In this document: piece after piece, positions 1 to 10,816 of the stretch
Layout: every line of letters starts with the position of its first letter
Position numbering within the stretch: the stretch's first letter is position 1
Assembly (NCBI GenBank): GCA_038321985.1
Contig: JBBQFN010000014.1
Span: 32,001-96,000 of the forward strand
Reading direction: 5' to 3'
DNA: 64,000 nt
From: Cyanophyceae cyanobacterium
GTDB taxonomy: Bacteria > Cyanobacteriota > Cyanobacteriia > Cyanobacteriales > Laspinemataceae
The notes under the pieces: model-generated
What the model was told of the DNA's origin: nothing
The model's input: only the letters and a program-made list of their open reading frames with translations
The model's database searches: none
Translations under genes and position numbers: made by a program

Positions 1-1941
1 ACTCGCAAAGGCAATGTCAAAGAAGGTACAACCGTTAGCGATAGTTCCCCAGAAGCCCGCGATCGCCAAATGAGCGTAGAGGTATCCGCAGCCACCACCG
101 AATACAATGATATCCGCTTCACCTTCTTAGACTGCCCGGGGTCGGTCGAATTTATCCAAGAAACCTATAATGCCTTAAAAGGAGCCGGTACCGCCCTAGT
201 CGTCTGCGAACCGGAAGTGAGCCGAGTCCTCACCCTAGCCCCCCTGTTTAAATTCTTAGATGACTGGGAAATTCCCCACCTGGTTTTTATCAACAAAATG
301 GACCGGGCCAAAGATAGCTTCATGGATGTACTCCACGCCCTCAAATCCGTCTCAACTCGGCCCTTGGTCCCCCATCAATATCCGATTCTCAAAGACTCGA
401 CACCTGTCGGTTTTATCGATCTGGTCACCGAACAAGCCTATCACTATCATGCCGGGGGCGCTCCCGATCCCGTCCCTATCCCCGAGGAACTCAAAGAAGA
501 AGAACAAAGCGCTCGTCATGCCATGTTAGAAGAGTTGGCAAACTTTGACGATCATCTCCTCGAAGAACTCCTAGAAGAGATTGAACCCCCCCCAGATGAA
601 ATCGTCGCCGACCTCAAAATGGAATTAGGCGCTGATTTAATCGTTCCCGTTTTTATGGGGATAGGGGATTTAGATTATGGAGTCAGACCCCTGCTTGAAG
701 CCTTAGTTCGGGAAGCGCCGGAACCGAAAACTACCGCCGAACGCCGGGGAATTATGCTTCATTCCGGTAGTCCCCTAGCCCAAGTGATTAAAACTTATTA
801 CACCCCCCAAGGCGGCAAGATGTCCCTAGTGCGGGTATGGCAAGGGGAACTCACGGATAACATGACCCTTAATGGCGTTCGCATTGGGGGAATGTATCGG
901 ATGAAGGGACAGCAAACCGAATCCCTTCAAACGGCGATCGAGGGAGATATCGTGGCCTTGTCTCGGATGGAAGGCATTCACACGGGAGATACTTTGACCT
1001 CTGGCGAGGGTAACCTTAACTCAGAATTACCCAAAGCCGAGCAACTGCCTCCCGTCTTCGCCCTGGCGATCGCCCCGGAACGGCGTAGCGACGAAGTGAA
1101 AATCAGCGCAGCCCTGACTAAATTGATGGAAGAGGACCCCGCCCTTGCCTGGGAGCAAAATCCTGATACCCATGAGATTATCCTCTGGGGTCAAGGTGAA
1201 ATTCACCTGAAAGTGACCTTGGATCGGCTGCGGCGCAAATATAACCTGCCCATGACAACCCAGGTCCCCCATATTCCCTACAAAGAAACCATTCGCAAGG
1301 CTGCACCCCGGGTACATGGCCGCTACAAACATCAAAGTGGGGGTCATGGGCAATTTGGAGATGTTTACCTAGAAATCAAACCCCTACCGCGCGGAGAAGG
1401 GTATAGCTTCAACGATAAAATCGTGGGCGGCGTCATCCCCAAACAGTATATCCCGGGCGTGGAAATGGGAGTGCGCGAGTATCTGAATCAGGGACCCTTG
1501 GGGTTTCCCGTCGTGGATATCGCTGTCACCCTCACCGACGGGTCCTATCACTCCGTGGATAGTTCGGAACAGGCATTTAAACAAGCTGCACGCTTGGCAA
1601 TGCAAGAAGGATTAACGGAATGCGAACCCGCTTTGCTAGAACCGATCGCTTCGGTGCAGATTTGTGCGCCGACGGACTTTACTTCTAATCTGATGCAATT
1701 GATTAGTGGACGTCGCGGCCAGATTTTAGGCTATGAACCCCTTGTTAATTGGAAAGCATGGGATAAAGTTTCGGCATATTTACCTCAAGCCGAAATGCAG
1801 GATTTAATTGTGGAATTGCGATCGCTCACTATGGGAGTGGGTTTTTTCCGATGGAAGTACGATCACCTCCAAGAAGTCCCGGATAAACTGACCAGTCGCC
1901 TCTTAGCCGCCACCGGCAACGGGAACGGAAATTCTAAATAA
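1..1941 (+). CDS. Elongation factor G-like GTPase (divergent EF-G paralog), 5'-truncated by window
   Basis: Frame is open from base 1 (TRKGNVKEGTTVSD...RQMSV). Contains NKMD G4, GQGEIHL, YKETI, KHQSGGHGQFG and GSYHSVDSSE EF-G motifs; G3 reads DCPGS. Confidence 0.9.
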   Translation, partial: TRKGNVKEGTTVSDSSPEARDRQMSVEVSAATTEYNDIRFTFLDCPGSVEFIQETYNALKGAGTALVVCEPEVSRVLTLAPLFKFLDDWEIPHLVFINKMDRAKDSFMDVLHALKSVSTRPLVPHQYPILKDSTPVGFIDLVTEQAYHYHAGGAPDPVPIPEELKEEEQSARHAMLEELANFDDHLLEELLEEIEPPPDEIVADLKMELGADLIVPVFMGIGDLDYGVRPLLEALVREAPEPKTTAERRGIMLHSGSPLAQVIKTYYTPQGGKMSLVRVWQGELTDNMTLNGVRIGGMYRMKGQQTESLQTAIEGDIVALSRMEGIHTGDTLTSGEGNLNSELPKAEQLPPVFALAIAPERRSDEVKISAALTKLMEEDPALAWEQNPDTHEIILWGQGEIHLKVTLDRLRRKYNLPMTTQVPHIPYKETIRKAAPRVHGRYKHQSGGHGQFGDVYLEIKPLPRGEGYSFNDKIVGGVIPKQYIPGVEMGVREYLNQGPLGFPVVDIAVTLTDGSYHSVDSSEQAFKQAARLAMQEGLTECEPALLEPIASVQICAPTDFTSNLMQLISGRRGQILGYEPLVNWKAWDKVSAYLPQAEMQDLIVELRSLTMGVGFFRWKYDHLQEVPDKLTSRLLAATGNGNGNSK

Positions 1942-1963
1942 TTTTTGAATTCCCAACTAGCAA

Positions 1964-1991
1964 AAAAGGGGAGAATGTATTCTCCCCTTTT
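1964..1991 (+). terminator. Intrinsic terminator hairpin after the EF-G-like gene
   Basis: AAAAGGGGAGAAT-gt-ATTCTCCCCTTTT inverted repeat about 20 nt after the stop. Confidence 0.75.
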
Positions 1992-2455
1992 CCCTATTTT
2001 TTGTCCCGGCTAGGAGGTAGCTAACCGGACTGATCCCGCTGAAAATCGGGGCTGATTCTTATTCAAAAAATTTTATCCATAATTTGACCCTAGAGGGAGT
2101 TTTAGAGGGTTCAAAGCTGGAAAATATTTTATAAAATTTATAAACCTGTGATAAAATTATAATTAAGGTCAAAGCGGTAAATCGGGTTGGTGATCTGGAC
2201 AGTCGGCTACTTAAAATTTGGGTAAAACTTGTCCTGTTTTTTAATTCTTAGGTATCTTATAGTGGTTTTCTGGCCAGTGGTGAGCATAAAAAGCCTCAAT
2301 CTCCCTGAGTTAGATGAAATTGAAAGTACACGAATGAAGGAATGCACCTACTTTCCCGTGAATTGCTATATTTTTTCTGGACCAGAAGAGAACAACCGAT
2401 GAAGTTTTGAGGTTAAGTCCACCACCCTTTAGAAAATTGCCCCCAAGGAGGATCT

Positions 2456-3781
2456 ATGTTCTTTAATCTCAAGTTAAAGTCAAGAATTTTATTAGGATAT
2501 TCACTCCCTTTAATATTTTCTGTGGCTTCGGCTACAGTAGTTTTCGTGAGTAGCCAGCAAGTTCATAAAGAAGTAAACTCTTCACAAATCGGCGCGGGCC
2601 TAGTCCGCGAGTCTGACCGCCTTGCTTTAAGGTTAATGTCCATTAAAAGTACCACTAGAGGCTATATAATCCAGCCGGGAAATTCTATTCCCGCCCAATT
2701 TGAAGAAGATTTAAAACTATTGGAATATTCTACAGATTATTTAAAAAATAATGTGGAAGACCTGGGACAAAAAGCACGATTGAGCAAAATCTTAGAGCTT
2801 GGTCAAAAATCTATTGATTTTAACAGAAATATTTTAATTTTAATCCAACAAAACAAAATTGCTGAGGCGACAAAAGCATATTCTAGCCCTGAACGAGAAC
2901 AATTGAATAATGAATTGGAAGAAGTTCTCAATCACTTCAATGCCCAGGAAGATGACCTGCAAGACCTAAAAAATGATCGCGTCAATTCGGTCTTAAACTT
3001 ATTGAATTTACTGGTGTTATTGAGTACCACCATCACCGTAATTGTCTCCTGGGTGCTAGGATGGGCGATCGCCAGCCGGATTACCGATACCCTTAGCGAA
3101 ACCACCAACACCATCGCCTCTTCCTCTACCGAAATCGCCTCAATGACCGAACAGCAAGAGCGCCTTGCTAATCAACAAGCCAGTGCCGTCAATGAAACCA
3201 CCAGCACAATGGAACAACTCGGCCTCTCATCTCAGGAATCCTCCGAACGCGCCGAAGCCACCACGACTCAAGTTGAACAAATTGCTAACCAAATTTTACA
3301 TTTAAGCGAGCAAGTGAACCAGATCGATAAAATTGCCGGATTAGTAAGCGATATTGCCAATCAAACTAATATGTTAGCCCTCAATGCTGCGGTTGAAGCC
3401 GTCCGTGCGGGAGAGCAAGGGAAAGGGTTTGGGGTGGTGGCCTCGGAAATTCGCAAACTGGCCGATCGCAGCAAACAATCGGCGGAGAAAATTAGCGACC
3501 TCGTAAACGATATTGAACGGGCCACCAATTCTGCCGTCATGGTTACCAAAGACGGGACTCGGAGCGTAGAAAGCGTGGTTTCTGCCGTCAATCATATAGC
3601 GGTTAATGCACAACAAATCTCCCTGAGTGCCAAACAACAAGCCCTGGCGATCCAACAAACCCTGGATGCCATGAATAGTCTAACTCAAACTGCCCAAGAC
3701 ACCGCTAGCGGTATTGCCCAAACTAAAATCAGCATTCAACAACTCAATCAAGTCGCCCTCAAGTTACAAAGAGAAATCTAG
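2456..3781 (+). CDS. Methyl-accepting chemotaxis protein, two TM helices flanking a CHASE3/4-helix-bundle-like sensor
   Basis: [37 protein letters not shown] hairpin; TRGYII CHASE3-like motif; SD AGGAGG upstream. Confidence 0.9.
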   Translation: MFFNLKLKSRILLGYSLPLIFSVASATVVFVSSQQVHKEVNSSQIGAGLVRESDRLALRLMSIKSTTRGYIIQPGNSIPAQFEEDLKLLEYSTDYLKNNVEDLGQKARLSKILELGQKSIDFNRNILILIQQNKIAEATKAYSSPEREQLNNELEEVLNHFNAQEDDLQDLKNDRVNSVLNLLNLLVLLSTTITVIVSWVLGWAIASRITDTLSETTNTIASSSTEIASMTEQQERLANQQASAVNETTSTMEQLGLSSQESSERAEATTTQVEQIANQILHLSEQVNQIDKIAGLVSDIANQTNMLALNAAVEAVRAGEQGKGFGVVASEIRKLADRSKQSAEKISDLVNDIERATNSAVMVTKDGTRSVESVVSAVNHIAVNAQQISLSAKQQALAIQQTLDAMNSLTQTAQDTASGIAQTKISIQQLNQVALKLQREI

Positions 3782-4117
3782 GCGGGATAATCTTTAATCT
3801 AGGTGTTCTAGGGGTGGACTTAACAGTCCCCGACCTCGTACCAGTCTCTTCATTGTCCCGGCCTTCTCCGTGGCGTCCTTTACTTTGCCAGGGAAAAGGT
3901 AGCAGGAATACCGTTTCATCTTGCCATTAAGCCGTAAGATGAGCCATAAGCGGGACAACAATATCACCGATGGGACAGTCAATCATCAGAATTCATCGAT
4001 TCTGAGTTTACGCATCCTGATAAATCTCATGGATATTGAGGTAGGCCAATCAGGGCTGCAATAACCCCGGACTAGATTCGGTGGGTTGAAGTCACATTAA
4101 GGAGTCACGATCTAATT

Positions 4118-5593
4118 ATGTTGGACAGCTTAAAACTAAGGGGACGAATTCTCGCGTGCATTATCATTCCGTTGTTAGTTTCCACTGTACTCGCTACCGT
4201 GATTGTTTCAAACGTTAGGAAAGTCGATCAACTCGATGAACAGATCAGGCTTTCCTCACAGATCGTGGACGACGTGGCCGAAGCCACCCTTTACGCGATT
4301 CGGATGGAACGTTCCACCCGAGGATATTTGGTGAATATCAAGGACCGCCATCGTCAAGGATTTGAGATGGGTGGGGAGTCCTATCGTGAGATTATTACCC
4401 GTTTAGAGCCAAAAATTGCTGAACTGGAGGATCCATTACAGCGACAGCGGTTTGACGAGTACCGCCGGTTGGGAAATCAACTGCAACAACTGGATCTCCA
4501 AATGGTCCAATTGGCGCAATCCAATCGTAGGGAGGAAGCAGTGGCTTTATTTTCTACGGACCAAAGCAGTAATTTGATCCGGGAGATGGAGTCGCTTCAT
4601 GATGCCTTTATCCAACAAGAACGGGATATTTTGGAGGTCAAATACATAGAAGCCAAGCAAGCGTTACACAGGTCTGTGGCGATCGCCGGGTGGGGAAGTG
4701 GGATTGTTGGCTTATTAACGATGGCGATTGGCGCAAAATTAGCCTCCAGCGTCCGCAATCGTATTGAACGTGCTATCCAGGAAGTTGCCACCTCATCTAC
4801 CCAGTTTGCCGCCACCTTCGGCTACCAGGAAAACTCCGCCACCGCCCAAGCCACTTCCGTTACCCAAACCACTACCTCAATGGAGGAGTTAAATGCCTCT
4901 TCTAAAGCTACCGCAGAGCAAGCTGAATCTGCGGCGGCTAAAGCTATTTTGGTATTAAATTTAGTGGATGCGGCTAGTCATGAGATGCCAGTCTATTCTA
5001 CTTCCAGTTCTGGGTCCCGAACCTCGGGCCTCAAGTCACGCGATCGCCACGGCCCTACAGCGAATTCTAGCTTGAAAGAAACGGTTAATCTGATTGCCAG
5101 TCGCATCGAACAACTTACCCACCAGCTTTACCAAATTGATGAAATTGCTAGTACCGTTAGTAATATCGCCAATCAAACCAATATGTTAGCCCTCAATGCT
5201 TCCGTGGAAGCGGTTCGCGCCGGTGAAGCCGGGAAGGGCTTTGGAGTGGTTGCCGCAGAAATTCGCAAACTCGCCGACCAAAGTGGTCGCTGTGCCGATA
5301 GAATTAATTCTCTGGTGAAAGAAATTCAATCCGTTACTTCCCTGACGGTTCAGGTTACAAAAGAAGGCACACAAACGGTCGAAGTTGTGGTGGAAGCCAT
5401 TGATGAAATTGTTAACAATACCCAACAAATTTCGTTAACGGCCCAACAACAGGCGATCGCAATTCAGCAGGTCTTTGAAGCTATGAATGCTTTGAATAAC
5501 ATTGCCGGGGAAACGGTTAATAGTATTTATCAGGCCAAAATCGGTACCGAAAAACTCAATAAAGCTGCCCTAGACCTCAAAGAAATGGTTTGA
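4118..5593 (+). CDS. Methyl-accepting chemotaxis protein with CHASE3-like sensor
   Basis: [51 protein letters not shown]3-like motif; two TM segments. Confidence 0.9.
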   Translation: MLDSLKLRGRILACIIIPLLVSTVLATVIVSNVRKVDQLDEQIRLSSQIVDDVAEATLYAIRMERSTRGYLVNIKDRHRQGFEMGGESYREIITRLEPKIAELEDPLQRQRFDEYRRLGNQLQQLDLQMVQLAQSNRREEAVALFSTDQSSNLIREMESLHDAFIQQERDILEVKYIEAKQALHRSVAIAGWGSGIVGLLTMAIGAKLASSVRNRIERAIQEVATSSTQFAATFGYQENSATAQATSVTQTTTSMEELNASSKATAEQAESAAAKAILVLNLVDAASHEMPVYSTSSSGSRTSGLKSRDRHGPTANSSLKETVNLIASRIEQLTHQLYQIDEIASTVSNIANQTNMLALNASVEAVRAGEAGKGFGVVAAEIRKLADQSGRCADRINSLVKEIQSVTSLTVQVTKEGTQTVEVVVEAIDEIVNNTQQISLTAQQQAIAIQQVFEAMNALNNIAGETVNSIYQAKIGTEKLNKAALDLKEMV

Positions 5594-6893
5594 ATAATCG
5601 ATAGAATAGGTCTAAATTATGTTGACATAGAAATAGGGAACAAGATGTGAAGCAGGACGGCACGCTCATAAAATGCACTACAAGACTTTCAGTCTTAAAT
5701 CCCTTGTCAAATTCATTTAGGGTTGCTCTAGCAAGTCAGGCCATAGTTAAACAATTCTTTTAGGCAGGTTCAAGGGAGTCTAAAAGAATTGCAGGGGTGC
5801 AAGCGGCACATAAATTGCCCCTGATAGGGAACAATTTAGGTGGGCGATCGCTGCCAGTTTTATGGATATCAGGGCAAGACTCTAAATTCAATTTTTTCTC
5901 TGATTGGAGAGAAAAAAGAAAAGAGGAGGAAAAAGCCTTGGGGAGCAAAACCTCATGGGGAATGTAGTTTAAGTACCTTTATAAACCCCCTCACTAACCC
6001 TCTAGAAGTTCAGACTACCATCACAATCAGGCAGGACAGCGGAATTGGGTATAATGAAGCAAATCAGGGCGTTGAACCCGGAAGCGACTCAAATCGTTAC
6101 TAAAAATTAAGAAAAGACTAAAGTCGTTGAGTTGTCTCCCTGGAGTTTGTCATAAAAAACTCTGCAAATTTTAGGGGAGACAGCTTACCCGCAATCGGGC
6201 CAGTTGCACCCCGATCAACTCAAAGCGTAATCCCGGCGGAAAGTGGGTGCTATCCCTTGCCTTAGTCAGCAAATTATGCGAAACTTGCAACAGGTTAAAA
6301 TATGGCTGTTATTTCTGTTAAGCCCCAAAGTCGAGTCACTCTCCGGACCCAGCTCCAGGGTAGAAAAAAAGCCGGAAAGCTCGGGGAAATCAGCCCGGGT
6401 GGGGTAGATACCAGGAGAGAAAAGTTTATGGCCTTAAGGAGCAAGTCAGCCCAGGTTCAGCGAACCAACTCTCCAGAATCCAGCGGGCGATCGCCTCGGG
6501 TCTTTTTCCCTAATGCTCCTCAATGGAGGTCTGTGCTAAAACAGCGATTAATCTTCAATAAAATCAGGGTGGCAACGATTGAGCCAAAGGCAACAGTGAG
6601 AGGGAATTTAATAAGCAAGCCCAGGATTAAATGATAAAATTTATCGTCCAAATCATCGGTAACGAGATTGAATGATCAGAAATTCGCCTAAACCGTAAAC
6701 GGTGCAGGGGAAACCAGAAGGAATCAGGAGAATTTTCGGCAGTATTTTAAAGGGTTAAAAATATTTGAAACCGAGTTAATCAGGTAGCAGACTGAAGATA
6801 AAAGCGGGAAATTTCAGGAAAAAAAGGGAATCTTCAAGATAGGGGGGTTATCCCCGTGAAATTCCCAGATCTGACTCCGGAGGAGGTAAAGCC

Positions 6894-9473
6894 ATGATGA
6901 TCGACGATGAAGAACTCAGACTGACATTTAAGGTCGCCAGTGAAGAGCACGTTCAAAAACTTAATGAAGGATTATTACACTTAGAACAAGAGCCGGATGA
7001 TGCGGGGAAACTGGAAGAATTAATGCGAGAAGCCCACAGCCTAAAAGGGGATGCGGGAATGTTAGGGGTGAAAGATATTGCCACCCTGGCGCATCAGTGG
7101 GAACATCTGCTTGGAGGAGTCAAACGCAAGGAAACGCCGTTAACTCCTGAGTTGTGCGATCGCCTTTATCATGGTTTAGACGCGATCGGCAAACTCGTTC
7201 AAGAAGCAGTCAGCGGAGAAGATGCCGGAGTCAACACCTTTTATGTCCTGGCCTACTTAATGGGTGCTAAAGCGGAATCCGCAGCGGACGAAACCCCGCG
7301 ATCAGAAACCCCACCCCCAGAAATTCTCCCCCAGGAACAGCAGGAGAATCCCTCGGTTAATTTAGAGGACCTAGCAGCGCTTGCAGCCCTTGGGGAAGCG
7401 ATCACATCCGCCCAGGACCCAAAAGAAGAGAGTACCCCAGATAGCAGGCTCATCAGCGCAGCCTTGCCGGAGGCGATCGCCCCGGTGGAAGTTACCGCCA
7501 GTTCGCCCAAAGTGACAGCTACGACCAATGGACATAAGCCGGCCCCCCTGAGTAAACCGGAGATCTCCATCGGGACAATTAGTGCCCCCCCACCCCCAGG
7601 AGGCGATCGGCGCAGAGATTCGGGACTTTTCCAAAGCCCTATCCTGCCCGAGTCCCAACCCCTTTCCTCTCTCCCCATCACCCAAACCTCCCCCACCAAC
7701 AGTAACTACCGCATCGACACCATCCGCGTAGAAACCCGCAATCTGGATAGTTTGATGACCCAAACCGGGGAACTCACCGTCAGCAAAATTCGGATTGCCC
7801 ATCGACTCAGTGAAGTCGAAGAAATAGTCACCCTGTGGGAGGAATGGAGTCGCGATAGCTTTGTAAATCGTTTTGCCCTCGAAGAAGTGATCCGGGGCAA
7901 CCGTAATGGATCATTAGACCGATTGCAAAGCTTTTATCATCGACTCGAAGATAGACTCGAACGCCTCGGCCAAGTTGCCAACCGCCTCAGAAATTCAGTT
8001 TACGAAGATAACGCCCGCCTCGAAACCATTGCCGATGAACTAGAAGAAGGCATCCGCACCCTGCGCCTGTTGCCCTTATCTACCATTTTTAGTCTATTTC
8101 CCCGGATGGTGCGGGATTTAGCCAAACAAGAAGGCAAGCAAGTTGAACTGATGATCGAAGGAGGGGACACCCGCGCCGATAAGCGCATCCTCGAAGAAAT
8201 GAAAGACCCTTTGATGCATATCATTCGTAATGCGATCGATCATGGCATCGAAACCCCTGGGGAACGGCAGCAAAAGGGCAAATCTCCGAAAGCCACCATT
8301 GTGCTTAAGGGCTACCAAACCGCCACCAACATCGTCCTTGAAATCCAGGATGATGGGCGTGGACTCGATCTAGAAAAAATTAAACAAACCGCCATCAAGC
8401 GGGGGGTCTGCCGAGAAGAAGAACTCGCCACCATGACCACCCACCAAATCCATAGCCTCATTTTCAGTCCGGGATTCTCCACCCGAACCTTTGTCACGGA
8501 GGTATCTGGGCGCGGTGTAGGACTTGATGTGGTTCGTACCAACGTAGAACGGCTCAAAGGCAGCATTCACGTCGAATCTACCCCCGGAAAAGGCACCACC
8601 CTGCGCTTATCTCTGGGCACCACCCTCGCCACCGCTCATGTTCTTCTCGTAGAGGTCGATGGCATTGCCTATGCTCTGCCGGTAGAGTTCGTGCAACTGG
8701 CTCGTTTGGTCCCTGAAAGCGATATTTTTCCTCTGGAAGGACGGGAAACCATCATTTTAGAAGGGTATCCCGTTTCCGTCGTTAAACTTGCCGATTTGCT
8801 GGAACTGCCCCCCCGAGGCGTCCTCAATCCAGCGAAAAGCATGAATAATTCCAGTCTCCCTTGCATTATTCTGCAAGTTGCAGAAGAACGTCTCGGCCTG
8901 CTAGTAGATGCGTTAGTGGACGAGCAAGATGTGGTGCTCAAACCCCAAAGTAAACTGCTCAAACGGGTCCGAAACATTTCCGGGGCAACGATTTTAGGAA
9001 CGGGGGAAGTCTGTATGGTATTAAACCCCCATGACTTACTCAAGTCCGTGAAAAAACGAGGGAAAGCCGCTGCCGTTGTACCCAAACCCCAGGAGGAAGA
9101 TTCCCCGCAAAAATTATTAGTCTTACTGGTTGAAGACTCGATCGCCACCCGTACCCAAGAAAAACGCATTTTAGAAAATGCGGGATATGAGGTGGTGACA
9201 GCGGTGGACGGTTTAGATGGATACAATAAACTTAGGACCCGTAATTTTGATGCGGTGATCTCGGATATCCAAATGCCCAATCTGGATGGGTTAGGGCTAG
9301 TCACCAAAATTCGCCAACACAAGGAATATTCCGAGTTGCCGATCATTCTGGTGACTTCCCTGGCAAGCGATGACGATAAACGACGGGGGGCAGAAGCGGG
9401 GGCCAATTCTTATATTCCCAAAAGCAGCTTCAATCAAGAAGTCCTATTAGAAACGCTCAAACGGTTAATTTAG
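6894..9473 (+). CDS. cheA: Hybrid chemotaxis kinase CheA-CheY (Hpt, dimerisation, HATPase, CheW-like, REC)
   Basis: AHSLKG Hpt, HIIRNAIDHGIE, DDGRGLD, SGRGVGLDVV, C-terminal receiver DIQMPNLDG; SD GGAGG. Confidence 0.93.
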   Translation: MMIDDEELRLTFKVASEEHVQKLNEGLLHLEQEPDDAGKLEELMREAHSLKGDAGMLGVKDIATLAHQWEHLLGGVKRKETPLTPELCDRLYHGLDAIGKLVQEAVSGEDAGVNTFYVLAYLMGAKAESAADETPRSETPPPEILPQEQQENPSVNLEDLAALAALGEAITSAQDPKEESTPDSRLISAALPEAIAPVEVTASSPKVTATTNGHKPAPLSKPEISIGTISAPPPPGGDRRRDSGLFQSPILPESQPLSSLPITQTSPTNSNYRIDTIRVETRNLDSLMTQTGELTVSKIRIAHRLSEVEEIVTLWEEWSRDSFVNRFALEEVIRGNRNGSLDRLQSFYHRLEDRLERLGQVANRLRNSVYEDNARLETIADELEEGIRTLRLLPLSTIFSLFPRMVRDLAKQEGKQVELMIEGGDTRADKRILEEMKDPLMHIIRNAIDHGIETPGERQQKGKSPKATIVLKGYQTATNIVLEIQDDGRGLDLEKIKQTAIKRGVCREEELATMTTHQIHSLIFSPGFSTRTFVTEVSGRGVGLDVVRTNVERLKGSIHVESTPGKGTTLRLSLGTTLATAHVLLVEVDGIAYALPVEFVQLARLVPESDIFPLEGRETIILEGYPVSVVKLADLLELPPRGVLNPAKSMNNSSLPCIILQVAEERLGLLVDALVDEQDVVLKPQSKLLKRVRNISGATILGTGEVCMVLNPHDLLKSVKKRGKAAAVVPKPQEEDSPQKLLVLLVEDSIATRTQEKRILENAGYEVVTAVDGLDGYNKLRTRNFDAVISDIQMPNLDGLGLVTKIRQHKEYSELPIILVTSLASDDDKRRGAEAGANSYIPKSSFNQEVLLETLKRLI

Positions 9474-9552
9474 AAAGGAAAAGGGGAGAGTCAGGGCAGA
9501 TCGCCCGGACACCTTCTATGTATGACCGTTCGACAGGCAGGCACATCAAAGA

Positions 9553-10752
9553 ATGAACAAAAAGCCGATTCGAGTTTTGCTGGTGGAGGATTCTCCCGTG
9601 GCACTGACCATTTTTAAGCGCTTACTGGGATCCACTCCCGAGATTGAAATTGTGGGGACAGCACAGACGGGTATCGAAGGGTTGGAGTTGATTCCCAAGG
9701 TTCATCCCCATGTAATTTGTACCGACCTGCATATGCCGAAAATGGACGGGTTGGAATTTACAAAAGAGGTGATGGCAAAATTCCCTTGCCCTATTTTGGT
9801 GATCAGTTCCTCGGTGCAAGCGGAGGATACTCACACGGTTTTTAATTTGCTCAAGGCGGGGGCAGTGGATGTATTTCCGAAGCCTCGTCAGGGGGTGATG
9901 GCGAATTTTGAGGCGATTCGTCATGAACTGATTTCTAAAATTAAAGTGTTATCCGGGGTGACGGTGTTTACGCTGCATCGACGCGCTGCTGCAGATCGCA
10001 ATACTCTGCGATCGCTTGGGGTTGTTCCGCCTAAAAGTGATCAAAAACAGTTTATCCCGGAACAGAAGCGGGTCAATCCAGGGATTCAAATGGTAAAAGT
10101 TCCGCCGTTCTCCCCCCGTTCTAGCTTGGCTTTCCCCCCTGCCAGTGCAGATTCTCCCATTGCTGCGGGGTCCTTGCGAGGGGTGAAAATAGTGGCGATC
10201 GGGGCTTCTACCGGAGGACCTCAAGCATTACACACCATTCTGTCTCACCTACCTCCGAAATTTCCGGTACCTGTGATTTGTGTACAACACATTAGTGAAG
10301 GATTTTTAAAAGGGTTGGTAGATTGGTTAGGTTCTGAGTGTCAGTTACCCGTAAAAATTGCCTCATTAGGCGAAAACCCTCAACCGGGAATTATTTATTT
10401 TCCACCGGAACAAAAACATTTAGAGTTGGACAATATGGGTCGGTTTCTGTTTTCGAGTGCCGCTCCCGTTTCGGGACATCGCCCGTCAGTGACCATGACG
10501 TTTAATTCCGTGGCAAAATTTTATCGTCAAGCTGCTTTGGGAATTTTGCTCACCGGAATGGGTCGAGATGGTGCCGATGGGATGTTAGAAATTTTCAAGC
10601 AGGGAGGGATAACGATCGCTCAAAATGAAGGCACTTGTGTCGTGTTTGGAATGCCAAAAGAAGCGATCGCTTTAAGTGCTGCTCGTTATATTCTTCCTAT
10701 TACCGATATTGCGCCGATGCTCCTCCATCGGATTTTTTCCGATCGCCATTAA
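9553..10752 (+). CDS. cheB: Chemotaxis response regulator protein-glutamate methylesterase
   Basis: N-terminal receiver (DLHMPKMDG); GASTGGP, VQHI and LTGMGRDGA catalytic Ser/His/Asp motifs. Confidence 0.95.
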   Translation: MNKKPIRVLLVEDSPVALTIFKRLLGSTPEIEIVGTAQTGIEGLELIPKVHPHVICTDLHMPKMDGLEFTKEVMAKFPCPILVISSSVQAEDTHTVFNLLKAGAVDVFPKPRQGVMANFEAIRHELISKIKVLSGVTVFTLHRRAAADRNTLRSLGVVPPKSDQKQFIPEQKRVNPGIQMVKVPPFSPRSSLAFPPASADSPIAAGSLRGVKIVAIGASTGGPQALHTILSHLPPKFPVPVICVQHISEGFLKGLVDWLGSECQLPVKIASLGENPQPGIIYFPPEQKHLELDNMGRFLFSSAAPVSGHRPSVTMTFNSVAKFYRQAALGILLTGMGRDGADGMLEIFKQGGITIAQNEGTCVVFGMPKEAIALSAARYILPITDIAPMLLHRIFSDRH

Positions 10753-10816
10753 CGATTTTCACGGGGTATATCACCTCGGGGATGATAAAATCAGGTGAAC
10801 GGTTCACGAGGTAACC

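Noticed and set aside
5840..6634. ORFs 5840..6103 and 6302..6634
   Set aside because: No recognisable motifs; composition is typical of spurious intergenic frames
8669..9406. 245-aa antisense ORF in cheA, and many similar shadow ORFs
   Set aside because: Fully overlap well-supported genes on the opposite strand
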